From Heteronotia binoei (Eukaryota), in the NCBI RefSeq assembly GCF_032191835.1, contig NC_083236.1, positions 12,772,001-12,836,000 of the forward strand: a stretch of DNA of 64,000 bases, in the 5' to 3' direction. The notes below the pieces were generated by a model. It made no database searches and was not told where the DNA came from. It was given only the letters and a program-made list of their open reading frames with translations. This document shows, piece by piece, positions 12,958 through 24,363 of the stretch. Each line of letters opens with the position of its first letter. Within the stretch, counting starts at the first letter, position 1. Position numbers and translations under genes: made by a program.

Positions 12958-13180
12958 GGGGAGGGACGGTGGCTCAGTGGTAGAGCATCTGCTTGGGAAG
13001 CAGAAGGTCTCAGGTTCAATCCCTGGCATCTCCAAAAAAGGGTCCAGGCAAATAGGTGTGAAAAACCTCAGCTTGAGACCCTGGAGAGCCGCTGCCAGTC
13101 TGAGAAGACAATACTGACTTTGATGGACCGAGGGTCTGATTCAGTATAAGGCAGCTTCATATGTTCATATATGTTCATTG
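12958..13180 (+). mobile_element. tRNA-derived SINE with CR1-like (CATATGTT)n tail
   Basis: Head ggggagggacggtggctcagtggtagagc (A-box), ggttcaatcc (B-box), tail gtataaggcagcttcatatgttcatat. Confidence 0.85.
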
Positions 13181-14108
13181 TTCTACAGGGAAGGTGTGAG
13201 AGCCACAATATCCACTTTGGAAACTTTTGCCTGCAAGTCCCTGCATGATTCATAACATTCCACTTCAAACCATGGCAACATATCAGCTGAACTTTATTAC
13301 CTGCAAATTCCCAAATATCCAGAAGAAAACGACAGCTATGCTATTTATAGTTTTAAAAGCATGCCAATCTAGAAAACAGTAAAAAAAAGCAGTACAGAAT
13401 TATATATGTATCTGCATGCACACACAATTTTGAAACACATCTTGGTTTAAATCCATGGGTAAATCTTGCACATTGCTTATTAGAGGTCTTATCCCATTGA
13501 CCACATTGACACATTAACACTGTGTATACCCTGAGTCTTAGGGAGAAAGGCCGACAATATGGTGAATAAATATATAATAAATTAAAACCATAAATGTTTA
13601 GCTATACCACGTAAACTGAGGTGGACTCTTCCACAGCCTTTCCATCAGTGTCTTTCCTTCAATATTTATTATATTTTACATTCAATTTTACTTGGCTCCT
13701 CAACCCATTTCGCCCTCTCAACAACTATGAGGTAGGTTGGATTGAGAGAGATTGGCCAAAGGGATCTGAACTCAGGTCTCCTTTTTTTTTGTCTAATGGC
13801 TTCTTTGTGTTTGTTTTCTCTACAAGGGAAATAAAATGAAACTAAGCAGGAAATATAAGGGCCTGGACTGGAACTGAGGTTTTAAAGAAACAACATGAGT
13901 GGACAGATTTATTTGCTTGCATGTGTTAAAAGAAGATTTTGTTGCATTGCTCCTCCGAGCCCTTTGAATAATGTTAACTAGCACAAAGATGGAGGACAAG
14001 GCTAGCTTCATTCAGGGCAGGGGGTCCCCAACCTTTTTTGAGCCTACGGGGACATTTGGAATTGTGAAACTGTATGGAGGATACAGGCACAAAATGGCCA
14101 CTAAGGGG

Positions 14109-14400
14109 GTGGAAAGGAAAGGAAGGAAAGGTCCCCTGTGCAAGCACCAGTCGTTTCTGACTCTGGGGTGACATTGCTTTCACAGCAGACTTTTTACGGG
14201 GTGGTTTGTCATTGCCTTACCCAGTCGTCTACATTCCCTCCCTCCCCCCCCCCCAGCAAGCTGGGTACTCATTTGACCGACCTCGAAAGGAAGGAAGGCT
14301 GAGTCAACCTTGAGCCGGCTACCTGAAAACCCAGCTTCCACCGGGGATTGAACTCAGGTTGTGAGCAGAGCTTAGGACTGCAGTACTGCAGCTTTAACCA
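14109..14400 (-). mobile_element. Sauria-type SINE inserted in a degraded hAT MITE
   Basis: Family match to 5815-6104; a CAGGGGGTCCCAAC-like MITE end lies at about 14019. Confidence 0.7.
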
Positions 14401-14576
14401 CAGGCAGCTTAGCTTAAGCTATACAGTGTAGATTCTTGTGCTGTGAGGCAGCTGCTGCCAAAGAAACACTGACAAATTCTACACAGTCAATCAAATCTCC
14501 AGTAGTCATTCAGAAGCCTTGCTGGGCAAAAGCCCCACCTGGACCCAACCCAATTCCTAAAAGTACTCAGCAGGCA

Positions 14577-14779
14577 CCAATATTCCCTCTAAGCTGAGTT
14601 AGTGTGCGCTAGCTCACAGTTGTTTAGCCTCTGGCTCATACATTTTTGTCCTAGCTCAGGAAAAAATGGCCCCGGAGCAAACTAATTTCTGTAGTAGCTC
14701 ACAACTTTAATGCCAGTAGCTCACACACAAAGTGTATAATTTTTGCTCATAAGACTCCACAGCTTAGAGGGAGTATTGG
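14577..14779. mobile_element. Small TIR element (MITE)
   Basis: CCAATATTCCCTCTAAGCT ... AGCTTAGAGGGAGTATTGG (19-bp TIR, 1 mismatch) flanked by caggca on both sides. Confidence 0.65.
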
Positions 14780-14839
14780 CAGGCACTATGGTGCCCATGG
14801 ACATCACACTGGCATCCCTACTCCCGGGTAACTGTAAAA

Positions 14840-15362
14840 TTTGAACTGCAAACCTCCAAAAGCCCTTTATGGTCAGGGACCTGCCTATCTATGGGACCGC
14901 CTTTCCCCACATATCCCCCAGAGAGCACTGCGATCAGGGACAAAAAATCTGCTGTCTGCCCCTGGCCCAAAAGAAGCCAGGCTATGCGCAACAAGATCTA
15001 GGGCTTTCTCGGTGGCAGCACCAGAACTTTGGAACACCCTCCCAGAAGCTATAAGGGCCCTGCGGGATTTGTCGGCGTTCCGCAGGGCCTGTAAGACCGA
15101 ACTGTTCAGACAGGCTTTTCTGGTTGACTGAAAATGGGCTGCCACCGGACATCCTGCAGAAGCTGGCGATCATAGTCAGAACCCACTACCGCCAGACTGG
15201 ATTGAGACAGCGCAAATAGTTTTAAACTGATAAGTGTATTATGGTTTTATATGTTTTATGGAATTGATTGTTTTTATGATATTGTAAGCCGCCCTGAGTC
15301 CGCTTGCGGAGAGGGCGGGATGTAAATGTAAAGTAATAAATAAATAATAAATAAATAAAAGC
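14840..15362 (+). mobile_element. L2 3' fragment
   Basis: RAFSVAAPELWNTLP...ACKTELFRQAF, L2 tail and AATA-repeat end. Confidence 0.85.
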
Positions 15363-16659
15363 TTTCCTGGGAATACACCCCAATAAATAAAATGCGACTT
15401 AACAGACTAGCTTCGGATCACTCCCTAGATAGCACAACAAACAGGTATTTCCCTATATGTTAAGAAACTAACAGCACACTCCTAGCCAAAATTACACACT
15501 TTCAAGCCTTGTAACTTCAATGGACTCAAAAGAACATAACTCTGCTTAGGACAATACTGTAATTGTCCTGGGGAAATCACAGCAGAATGACCAAATTATG
15601 TATTTTAAAATCATTCCATTCATTCCAAAATAATATTTCAGAGGGAGTTTATTAAGGGTATTCCAAAATTTGCTAATTTCCCATTATAATTTTTTTTAAG
15701 TACTCAGAAAAGAACCAAAAATTTCCTTCCAAAAGTGTCCCGTTTTATCTGGACAGTCACATCTGTTTCTGCAGCCCTTCCGCCTGCACACATAAACTGC
15801 AAATGTACCAGAATCAGGATCAGAGTACATAAAAACCAATTATTCTTTTGTTTTGAAAAAACTAAACTGAGAAATATTTTCTGGCTTGGGTCCTGTTGAA
15901 TGTTTCTGCAAGGGGGGGGGGGGTGGCTTTCTCATGTTTCCCCTCCCCACTGCATGCCAAAATGCCCCCCCCCCTGATCCCGCTCTTTGGCTGAACCCAA
16001 GTTGATGTGTTTAAATTTTCAATTCTAACTTTAAAAAAAAAGAGACCGTGAACCCTGTAAAAAAATCAAATTAAATATAAGACAACCTCTTAAAGTCTAC
16101 CCTTACAACCTCTAAGACCTGAATCCACGAATCTCTAAAAGCATGTGGAGTTGAAAGCTGCAGTTACTTGTAAAGGAGAGAACCAGGGGGAGAAGACACA
16201 AGAACAAACAGTCATCTGGGCCCACTTTTGATTAACAGTTTGATTCCAACGTAAGCCTTCACAGACCCAATCCCACTGCTTTGGATGCAAGGGGTGAATC
16301 TCTACTAGGAAGACCTTTTATGTAGGTCTTAAAAGAAAAGAGCAGCATCAAGAGGCCACAAAATGCAGGGAAGTACAGAGTGAAATGTAGTTTTGTACAA
16401 CTCCAGTCTGGCCCAGAAAAATACAGAGACCATTCACTAGCTTTGCTAATGCGTGGGAAGTCACAGATAAGACAGGAGATGGCCATCTGACAGCAATGCT
16501 CATCCTGTGAACCTAGGGGGAGGTATTTGTGAATTTCCCACATTGTTCAGGGGGTTGGATTAGATGACCCTGGAGGTCCCTTCCAACTTTATGACTCCTT
16601 GAAGTGGGCTTTGCAAGACGAGGTGGGCTAGAGTCCACAAGACCTGACCTGGATAGTCC

Positions 16660-16858
16660 TGGCTAGGCTGATCTCAGCAAATCTTTGAAACTAAGGAATG
16701 CTGGCCTTGGCCACTACCTGGATGGGAAACCACCAAAGAATACCAGAGCCGCAACACGGAGGCCGGCAATGGCAAACCACCTCTGACAGTCTCTTGCCTT
16801 GAAAATCCTATTGGGTTGCCAGAAGTCAGCTGTGACTTGACAGCAAAAAAAAAAAAGT
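16660..16858 (+). mobile_element. 5S rRNA-derived SINE with BovB-like tail
   Basis: ctgatctc...aaactaag...ggccttggccactacctggatgggaaaccacc..gaatacc aligns by eye to the 5S internal control region; followed by ggcaatggcaaaccacctc and an A-tail. Confidence 0.65.
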
Positions 16859-17897
16859 CCACAAAAGCTTCTGCTTGTGTATTACCTTGTCAGAGGCTTA
16901 TCTGCCACAAGGCTCTGGTTTGTTTTTCTCAGCAACAGACTAATACACCTACAATTGCAAAATCAGGATCTTGAAAGACACAGGAAGTCATTTCTTTCTT
17001 TTTCTTATGGGCTTCCAACCAGATCTAGTGACTAGGATCCACTCAACACTGGCTTGAAATTCTGCCGCTCTGTTCAGCCAAGTCTGAAGCCTTCCACTGA
17101 GAAGAAAGAGACCCATCAACCCTGGAGAGGAGAAATGCTTCCAAATTGGACTCTAAAGGATGAAAGGCAGTAGCAAGTACTGATTTGCCCCAGTTACATA
17201 GAGGGTGAAGTGGGGATGCTGTCAGGGCCCCACACCTTCAGCCACCAAAGGCCTCCCCCTTTCCCTAGTGCCTTCTCGTGGCTGCTTCTCTCTGTCAGGC
17301 TTACTGACTGACATCCAGCCCCACAAATCCCATGATGAAGTTTGCCAGTCTTGGAGATCTCCCAGAATTGGTCTCAGAGATCTTCCAGAATTACAACCAG
17401 TCTCCAGACCACAGAGGATAGTTCCCCCCGGGGGGCGGGGGGGGGAATGGATGCTTCAGAGGGTAGTCTGTACGGTGGTATATCATGCTGAGGTTCCTAA
17501 CCTCTTTCAACCCTACCTTCCGCAGGTTCTATCCCCAAAATCTCCCGGAATTTCTCTTCCTGATGCTGATAACTTGATCTATGATGGAATGGCATTTGTG
17601 TTTGCAGAAGAAATGCTGAACATTTACACTCATTCCTCCCTCCCACTGCAGACTCCCCCACTTTGCCCGCTATGCTGTTCTCTGACACCCACAGAACAAC
17701 ATTTCAGTGGACTACAATAGAAGACATGAGCAGGAAAGTCCCACTCCATGAAGCCTTTCAGCACCGGAGACCACCTGGGGGGGAATTTACATCAAGGGCC
17801 GGATTGTGAGAGGCAGTGGAGAAGTGATTGATAGATTGTTCATGAGCTTTCTGCTTGGGCCTCTGTGGAACTTCAAATCACCCCTTGGGGTAGGCGG

Positions 17898-18185
17898 CAT
17901 GCTCTAGAAGAAGAAGAATTGCCGATTTATACCCCGCTCTTCTCTCTGAATCAGAGACTCAGAGCGGCTCACAATCTCCTTTACCTTCCTCCCTCACAAC
18001 AGACACCCTGTGAGGTGGGTGGGGCTGGAGAGGGCTCTCACAGCAGCTGCCCTTTCAAGGACAACCTCTGCCAGAGCTATGGCTGACCCAAGGCCATTCC
18101 AGCAGCTGCAAGTAGAGGAGGGGAGAATCAAACCCGGTTCTCTCAGAGTCCGCGCACTTAACCACTACACCAAATTGGCTCTCCT
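17898..18185 (-). mobile_element. tRNA-derived, L2-tailed SINE (MIR/Squam3-like)
   Basis: Reverse complement of tggtgtagtggttaagtg.gcggactct...cctcacagggtgtctgttgtg; family copies at 25022-25290 and about 26600-26866. Confidence 0.7.
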
Positions 18186-19115
18186 ATACCAAACTGGCTC
18201 TGGTTATGAAGACATCAGCCAGCATGTGCAATGTTGCCTTAAATGCTCAAGCATAGGAACGGTGAGTTAAAAAAACAAAACAAAAAACCTCACCCCAACA
18301 ATTCCACTATTGCTCCTCTTGCCTCTAAAACGCACCTAAGTTTAGACAAAAGTACCACAGATCTAAGAGCTGAAGGATTACTCGCCTGAGAAGTACCAAG
18401 GCTCCTTGGGTTGTGCTGTTGCAAGTGTTAACGGTTACCTTTTCTTTCTGTACTGATCAGGATTTTAGTCATCAATTAGTTAGCTTAAATCCTGAGCAGA
18501 ACAGAACAAAATAACAAAAACAATCATCATCAATGGTGAGAAGCAAACAGAAGATGAATGTGAAACGATGGAACTTGCATCTCCTACGGTACTATCTGGC
18601 ATATCAGTGGAATTCAGAAGTATAAATGCTTTTCTACAAGCAAAACTGCAAATTGACTCAATGGTACCTCAGCACATGAATATTAGTTTTTGCCATCTGA
18701 AAACAAATTGGGTATTATTTGGGACAGAAACAGCCTCTCACTGGGACGGGTAGCATATCTGGATATCAACTTTACAACATTGAAAACACTCGACTCTTTA
18801 ATAACACAAAACCTATAATATGTTAATAACATATAACCCATCATATTATACTACGGTCACGTTTAAGCAATAAATATATGCTCAAAATATGTTCTACGTG
18901 CCTACAGCAGACGCAGAAATTGCTGTAGATTGTTTCACATGAATACCTTCACGCTACACATCCCGATGAAATCAACTTTTGCCTTAAGAAGAATTCCACT
19001 CCATTCCAAAAAAGTGAAACCTTTCACAGTATGCTCCCACCCACCCACCCCGCCCCAGCACTCTCCAAATTTCCAGTTTTCTAACAGGAAGCCTGCAAAG
19101 CCCTCCAAATTCTTC

Positions 19116-19530
19116 CATAAGAACGTAAGAACATAAGAGAAGCCATGTTGGATCAGGCCAACGGCCCATCAAGTCCAACACTCTGTGTCACACAGTGGCA
19201 AAAAATGTTATATACACACATACACTGTGGCTAATAGCCACTGATGGACCTGTGCTCCATATTTTTATCTAAACCCCTCTTGAAGGTGGCTATACTTGTG
19301 GCCGCCACCACCTCCTGTGGCAGTGAATTCCACATGTTAATCACCCTTTGGGTGAAGAAGTACTTCCTTTTATCCGTTTTAACCTGTCTGCTCAGCAATT
19401 TCATTGAATGCCCACGAGTTCTTGTATTGTGAGAAAGGGAGAAAAGTACTTCTTTCTCTACTTTCTCCATCCCATGCATTATCTTGTAAACCTCTATCAG
19501 GCCTCTATCTCTATCTCTATCAGGCCTCTC
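19116..19530 (-). mobile_element. CR1 LINE 3' fragment
   Basis: LIEVYKIMHGMEKVEKEVLFSLSHNTRTRGHSMKL...KYFFTQRVINMWNSLP...FKRGLDK; (CTTATGTT)n tail. Confidence 0.9.
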
Positions 19531-19946
19531 TACATCTCTGCGTGCAACTAGGTGCAACGCAGAGCTCCAAAAATGGCCAGGGTACCTCAATGCAACTCCC
19601 AACTCACATACAAGACTCCAAGTCCCTATAGGAATGCACATCTGCCAACTGGTGTACTTACAGCCCACTGTCCCCCACCCCCAAGCCTCCAAGCAGCATG
19701 CTGGGGGGGGAGGGGGGGTTCTCCCTGAAGTATTCCCGGGAGCTGCTCCTGCATCAGTCCCCTGCACACCTGGAGGAAGCCCCCCCCCCCCACTTCCCAG
19801 GGCCCTGCTAAGGCGGCTGGAGACACCTGCAGGTGCCTGGCCACCCCCCCCCCCCGAGGCTCCTTCCCGGCCGGGGCCCTGCAGGCTCCAGGGCAGCCCG
19901 GCTTCTGGGGAATGGCCCCCCGCCCCCTCCCCCCGGCGGGCCTTAC

Positions 19947-20120
19947 GCTGCTGTTGTGGCCGGTCCAGTGCACCATGGCTTGGTTGTGCGCCGCGTCGCC
20001 TTTGAGCACGAAGGAGGTGCTGAGCAAGGCGGGCAGCGCCGGAGCCCCCCGCGGGCCCACCTCGCCCCCCGCCAGGCAGCCCAGCAGCAGCAGCAGCAGC
20101 CCCGCAGCCGCCAGCGCCAT
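19947..20120 (-). CDS. SORCS2: SORCS2 (VPS10-domain receptor) coding exon 1, 58 codons, phase-0 donor; the rest of the gene lies left of the window
   Basis: Translates [58 protein letters not shown] followed by a GTAAGG donor at 19946. [23 protein letters not shown] is the recalled start of the SorCS2 VPS10 domain; a signal peptide and CpG island are present; synteny with GRPEL1/TADA2B fits SORCS2. Confidence 0.92.
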
Positions 20121-20220
20121 GCTCGGCCTGCCCTCCTCTGCCGCCGCCGGGCAGGGATGCGCGGCCGGGCGAGGCGGTTGGAGAGGCGGAGGCGGAGAGG
20201 GGGCCGGCGCGGCCTCCGCG

Positions 20221-20245
20221 GGGAAGGGAAGGGAAGGGAAGGGAA
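20221..20245. repeat. (GGGAA)5 / (TTCCC)5 microsatellite in the SORCS2 leader
   Basis: Read directly from the sequence. Confidence 0.95.
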
Positions 20246-20423
20246 GGGGGCTCGCTCCGGAGCACGGGGCCGCGGCGCCCTCTGCCGGCCCATCGCGCCA
20301 TCGCCGCGCGAGGTGAAGCCCCGCGGCTCGCCCCTTCTTCGCCCACTCCGAGCCCCGAGGCGCCCAAGCCTGCCGGTGCGTTGCTGCGCGGGAAAGACCC
20401 CGCGGGGGCGCTCGGCCAGCCCT

Positions 20424-22748
20424 TGAACATACGAAGCTGCCTGATACTGCATCAGACTCTGGGTCCATCCAGGTCAGTATTGGCTACTCAGACTGGCAGC
20501 GGCTCTCCAGGGTCTCAAGCGGAGGTTTTTCACACCTATTTGCCTAGACCCCTTTTTTGGAGATGCCGGGGATTGAACCTGGGACCTTCTGCTTCCCAAG
20601 CAGATGCTCTACCACTGAGCCACCGTCCCTCCCCTTGGACATATGAACATATGAAGCTGCCTTCTACTGAATCAGACCCTCGGTCCATCCAAGTCAGTAT
20701 TGTCTACTCAGACTGGCAGCGGCTCTCCAGGGTCTCAAGCGGAGGTTTTTCACACCTATTTGCTTAGACCCCTTTTGTATTGGAGATGCCAGGGATTGAA
20801 CCTGGGACCCTCTGCTTACCAAGCAGATGCTGTACCACTGAGCCACCGTCCCTCCCCTTGGACATATGAACATATGAAGCTGCCTTCTACTGAATCAGAC
20901 CCTCGGTCCATCCAAGTCAGTATTGTCTACTCAGACTGGCAGCGGCTCTCCAAGGTCTCCAGCGGAGGTTTTTCACACCTATTTGCCTAGACCCCTTTTG
21001 TGTTGGAGATGCCAGGGATTGAACCTGGGACCCTCTGCTTACCAAGCAGATGCTCTACCACTGAGCCACCGTCCCTCCCCTTGGACATATGAACATATGA
21101 AGCTGCCTTCTACTGAATCAGACCCTCGGTCCATCCAAGTCAGTATTGTCTACTCAGACTGGCAGCGGCTCTCCAGGGTCTCCAGCGGAGGTTTTTCACA
21201 CCTATTTGCCTGGACCCCTTTTGTGTTGGAGATGCCAGGGATTGAACCTGGGACCTTCTGCTTCCCAAGCAGATGCTCTACCACTAAGCCACAGCCCCTC
21301 CCTGTGTCTCTCCAGGGTCTCAAGCTGAGGTTTTTCACGCCTCTTTGCCTGGACCCCTTTTGTGTTGGAGATGCCAGGGATTGAACCTGGGACCTTCTGC
21401 TTCCCAAGCAGATGCTCTACCACTGAGCCACCGTCCCTCCCCTTGGACATATGAACATATGAAGCTGCCTTCTACTGAATCATACCCTGGGTCCATCCAA
21501 GTCAGTATTGTCTTCTCAGACTGGCAGCGGCTCTCCAGGGTCTCCAGCGGAGGTTTTTCACACCTATTTGCCTGGACCCTTTTTAGTTGGAGATGCCAGG
21601 GATTGAACCTGGGACCTTCTGCTTCCCAAGCAGATGCTCTACCACTGAGCCACAGTCCCTCCCCAAAGTAACATTTCTTTTTTTCTGTGTGTCACTAATC
21701 TGAGTATTCCTCCTGATTAGAGGGAAAGGAGGTCATGCCAAAGCACAACAATATGCAGAAATTCAGTAGACGGCACCTTCCACAGAGGATCTTTTCAGCA
21801 TGCAGATACTATTTTTCATATCATCCTATTGGGGAATTTTTACTAGGGAGAAGTCCAAAGGGAGAGAAGCATTTGAACATATGAAGCTGCCTTATACTGA
21901 ATCATACCCTGGGTCCATCAAAGTCAGTATTGTCTACTCAGACTGGCAGCGGCTCTCCAGGGTCTCCAGCGGAGGTTTTTCACACCTATTTGCCTTGACC
22001 CCTTTTGTGTTGGAGATGCCAGGGATTGAACCTGGGACCCTCTGCTTACCAAGCAGATGCTCTACCACTGAGCCACCGTCCCTCCCCTTAGACATATGAA
22101 CATATGAAGCTGCCTTCTACTGAATCAGACCCTCGGTCCATCCAAGTCAGTATTGTCTACTCAGACTGGCAGCGGCTCTCCAGGGTCTCAAGCTGAGGTT
22201 TTTCACCCCTACTTACCTGGACCCTTTTTTGGAGATGCCAGGGATTGAACCTGGGACCTTCTGCTTCCCAAGCAGATGCTCTACCACTGAGCCACCGTCC
22301 CTCCCCTTGGACATATGAACATATGAAGCTGCCTTCTACTGAATCATACCCTGGGTCCATCAAAGTCAGTATTGTCTACTCAGACTGGCAGCGGCTCTCC
22401 AGGGTCTCCAGCGGAGGTTTTTCACACCTATTTGCCTTGACCCCTTTTGTGTTGGAGATGCCAGGGATTGAACCTGGGACCCTCTGCTTACCAAGCAGAT
22501 GCTCTACCACTGAGCCACCGTCCCTCCCCTTAGACATATGAACATATGAAGCTGCCTTCTACTGAATCAGACCCTCGGTCCATCAAAGTCAGTATTGTCT
22601 ACTCAGACTGGCAGCGGCTCTCCAGGGTCTCAAGCGGAGGTTTTTCACACCTCTTTGCCTGGACCCTTTTTTGGAGATGCCGGGGATTGAACCTGGGACC
22701 TTCTGCTTCCCAAGCTGATGCTCTTCCACTGAGCCACCGTCCCTCCTC
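20424..22748 (-). repeat. Head-to-tail array of 10 tRNA-derived SINE copies (about 220 bp each; clusters 20424-21666 and 21873-22748; one partial copy)
   Basis: Units are joined by ccctcccctt(g/a)gacatatgaacatatgaagctg; same family as 12958-13180. Confidence 0.93.
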
Positions 22749-23724
22749 CCTTCCTTCCTTCCTTGCTCTTCAAGGCCCCCCCCCCACCAATGCCCAGCCG
22801 CACAAAACTACCGGGAAAATCTCCCTTTCCCGCCCCGTGTATAGTAGTTGGTTTATTTATTTTCTATCATGCCCTGCCCACCAAAGGCAGGCTCAGGGGG
22901 GCTCACAAACCACATTAGTGTGACCCGTACCATAAAAACAATTTACAACATTTGCATGTACTACTATCATGATGTCAGGCAGTGATTTAAATTCTGGTGG
23001 TTGGCTCTACTCAGAGGCCTCAGGATCGCCATAGTCGTGCAGTAGTAGGCCATTGATGGTGTTCTTATGGGCCAATCCCATTGCTGCAGATGTTACCATT
23101 CATGTCAATGCCTGCTGGAAGAGTGCCGTTTTGCAGGCCCTGCGGAACTGTAAGAGCTTTCGTTGGGCCCTAACCTCCTCCTCAAACATGACTTGGCTGC
23201 CTTTCCACCCACTTCAGGCTCCCGGAGGGGGATCTTAGGTTTGCCAACAGCTAGATCAGGGGTGGCCAGCGGTAGCTGTCCAGATGTTTTTTGCCTACAA
23301 CTCCCATCAGCCCCAGCCAGCGTGGCCAATGGCTGGGGCTGATGGGAGTTATAGGCAAAAAACATCTGGACAGCTACTGTTGGCCACCCCTGCTAGTTAA
23401 TTATCCCCCTTGCCAAGGAAGGCCTCACCTGCCCATTTCGACGTATGAAGCCTCTATTAAAGGACCAGGCAGTTTTTCTCCAACCTTGGGGACAACCATT
23501 AGAAAGCCCCCTGCAACCCGGGAGGGCATTTCTGAGTATAGGGAGCCATCCTAAATGGGATTCAGTCTAACAAAATAGGAGTCAAGTGGCACCTTTAAGA
23601 ACACCTTAGTTTTATTCGGAACGTAAGCTTTCGTGTGCTCTAAGCACACTTCATCAGACGAGGAATCTGGCACAGTGAGCAGAACCACGCATAGCTGGTA
23701 GGCAATGGCTCAGATTGTAAAATG

Positions 23725-24363
23725 CCCTCTAAATGGGGCTGCCTCTGTGCCGAACCCGGAAGCTGCAGCTAGTGCAGAACGCAGCTGCCAGACTGCTGTT
23801 GGGGCTCCCAAAGTGGGAGCACATACAGCCGGGGCTGCGCGAACTGCACTGGCTGCCAGTTATATACCGGATTAATTACAAAGTGCTGGTCATTACCTTT
23901 AAAGCCCTAGATGGCCGAGGACCTGCCTACCTTAGGGACCGTCTCTCCCCGTACGAACCCCAGAGAGCACTGAGGTCAGCAGGGAAGAACCTGCTGACTA
24001 TTCCCGGGCCAAAAGACGTAAAACTCCAGAGTACCCGTACTCGGGCTTTCTCTGTTATGGCTCCACAGCTGTGGAATCAGCTTCCAGAAGAAATGCGGGC
24101 CCTGCAGGACTTTGAACAGTTCTGCAGAGCCTGCAAGACCGTTCTCTTTCGAATGGCTTTCACTGAGTAAACTGCTAAGTAAATTCACCATCTGAATAGC
24201 ACCGACATATTAACTTATTAATATTATTTATTGTTTTTAGAATTTTAATAGTTTTTAATTATCTGTTGGTTTATATTGTTAGTTATAACTCAATGTATGT
24301 ATTGAATTTTGTTTTTAGCTGCCCTGAGCCTGCTCCGGCGGGGAGGGCGGGATATAAATAAAA
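23725..24363 (+). mobile_element. L2 3' fragment
   Basis: LQLVQNAAARLLLGLPKWEHIQPGLRELHWLPV...RAFSVMAPQLWNQLP plus the L2 tail. Confidence 0.9.

Larger units (their letters stand above)
19790..20423 (-). promoter_or_regulatory. SORCS2 CpG island (exon 1 and proximal promoter/leader)
   Basis: Very high GC and CpG content around exon 1, ending abruptly at the SINE array at 20424. Confidence 0.75.

Noticed and set aside
12207-12983. ORFs conserved between the two duplicate arms as a novel gene
   Set aside because: Their conservation is explained by the recent duplication; no splice structure or domain supports them.
12958-13032. tRNA-like sequence (and its many copies)
   Set aside because: It continues into a SINE body and CR1-like tail, so it is a SINE head and not a tRNA gene.
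16660-16750. 5S rRNA gene
   Set aside because: Too degenerate, and fused to a retroposon tail.
19231-20468. 399-aa and 280-aa minus-strand ORFs
   Set aside because: They are chimeras of SINE, CpG island, intron and CR1 sequence; only 19947-20120 is supported as coding.
20424-22748. CRISPR-like or other prokaryotic repeat-spacer array
   Set aside because: Eukaryotic context, roughly 220-bp SINE units, no unique spacers and no cas genes.
20381-22923. Repeated ORFs such as MKLPSTESDPRSIQVSIV...
   Set aside because: They are translations of the antisense strand of the SINE array.
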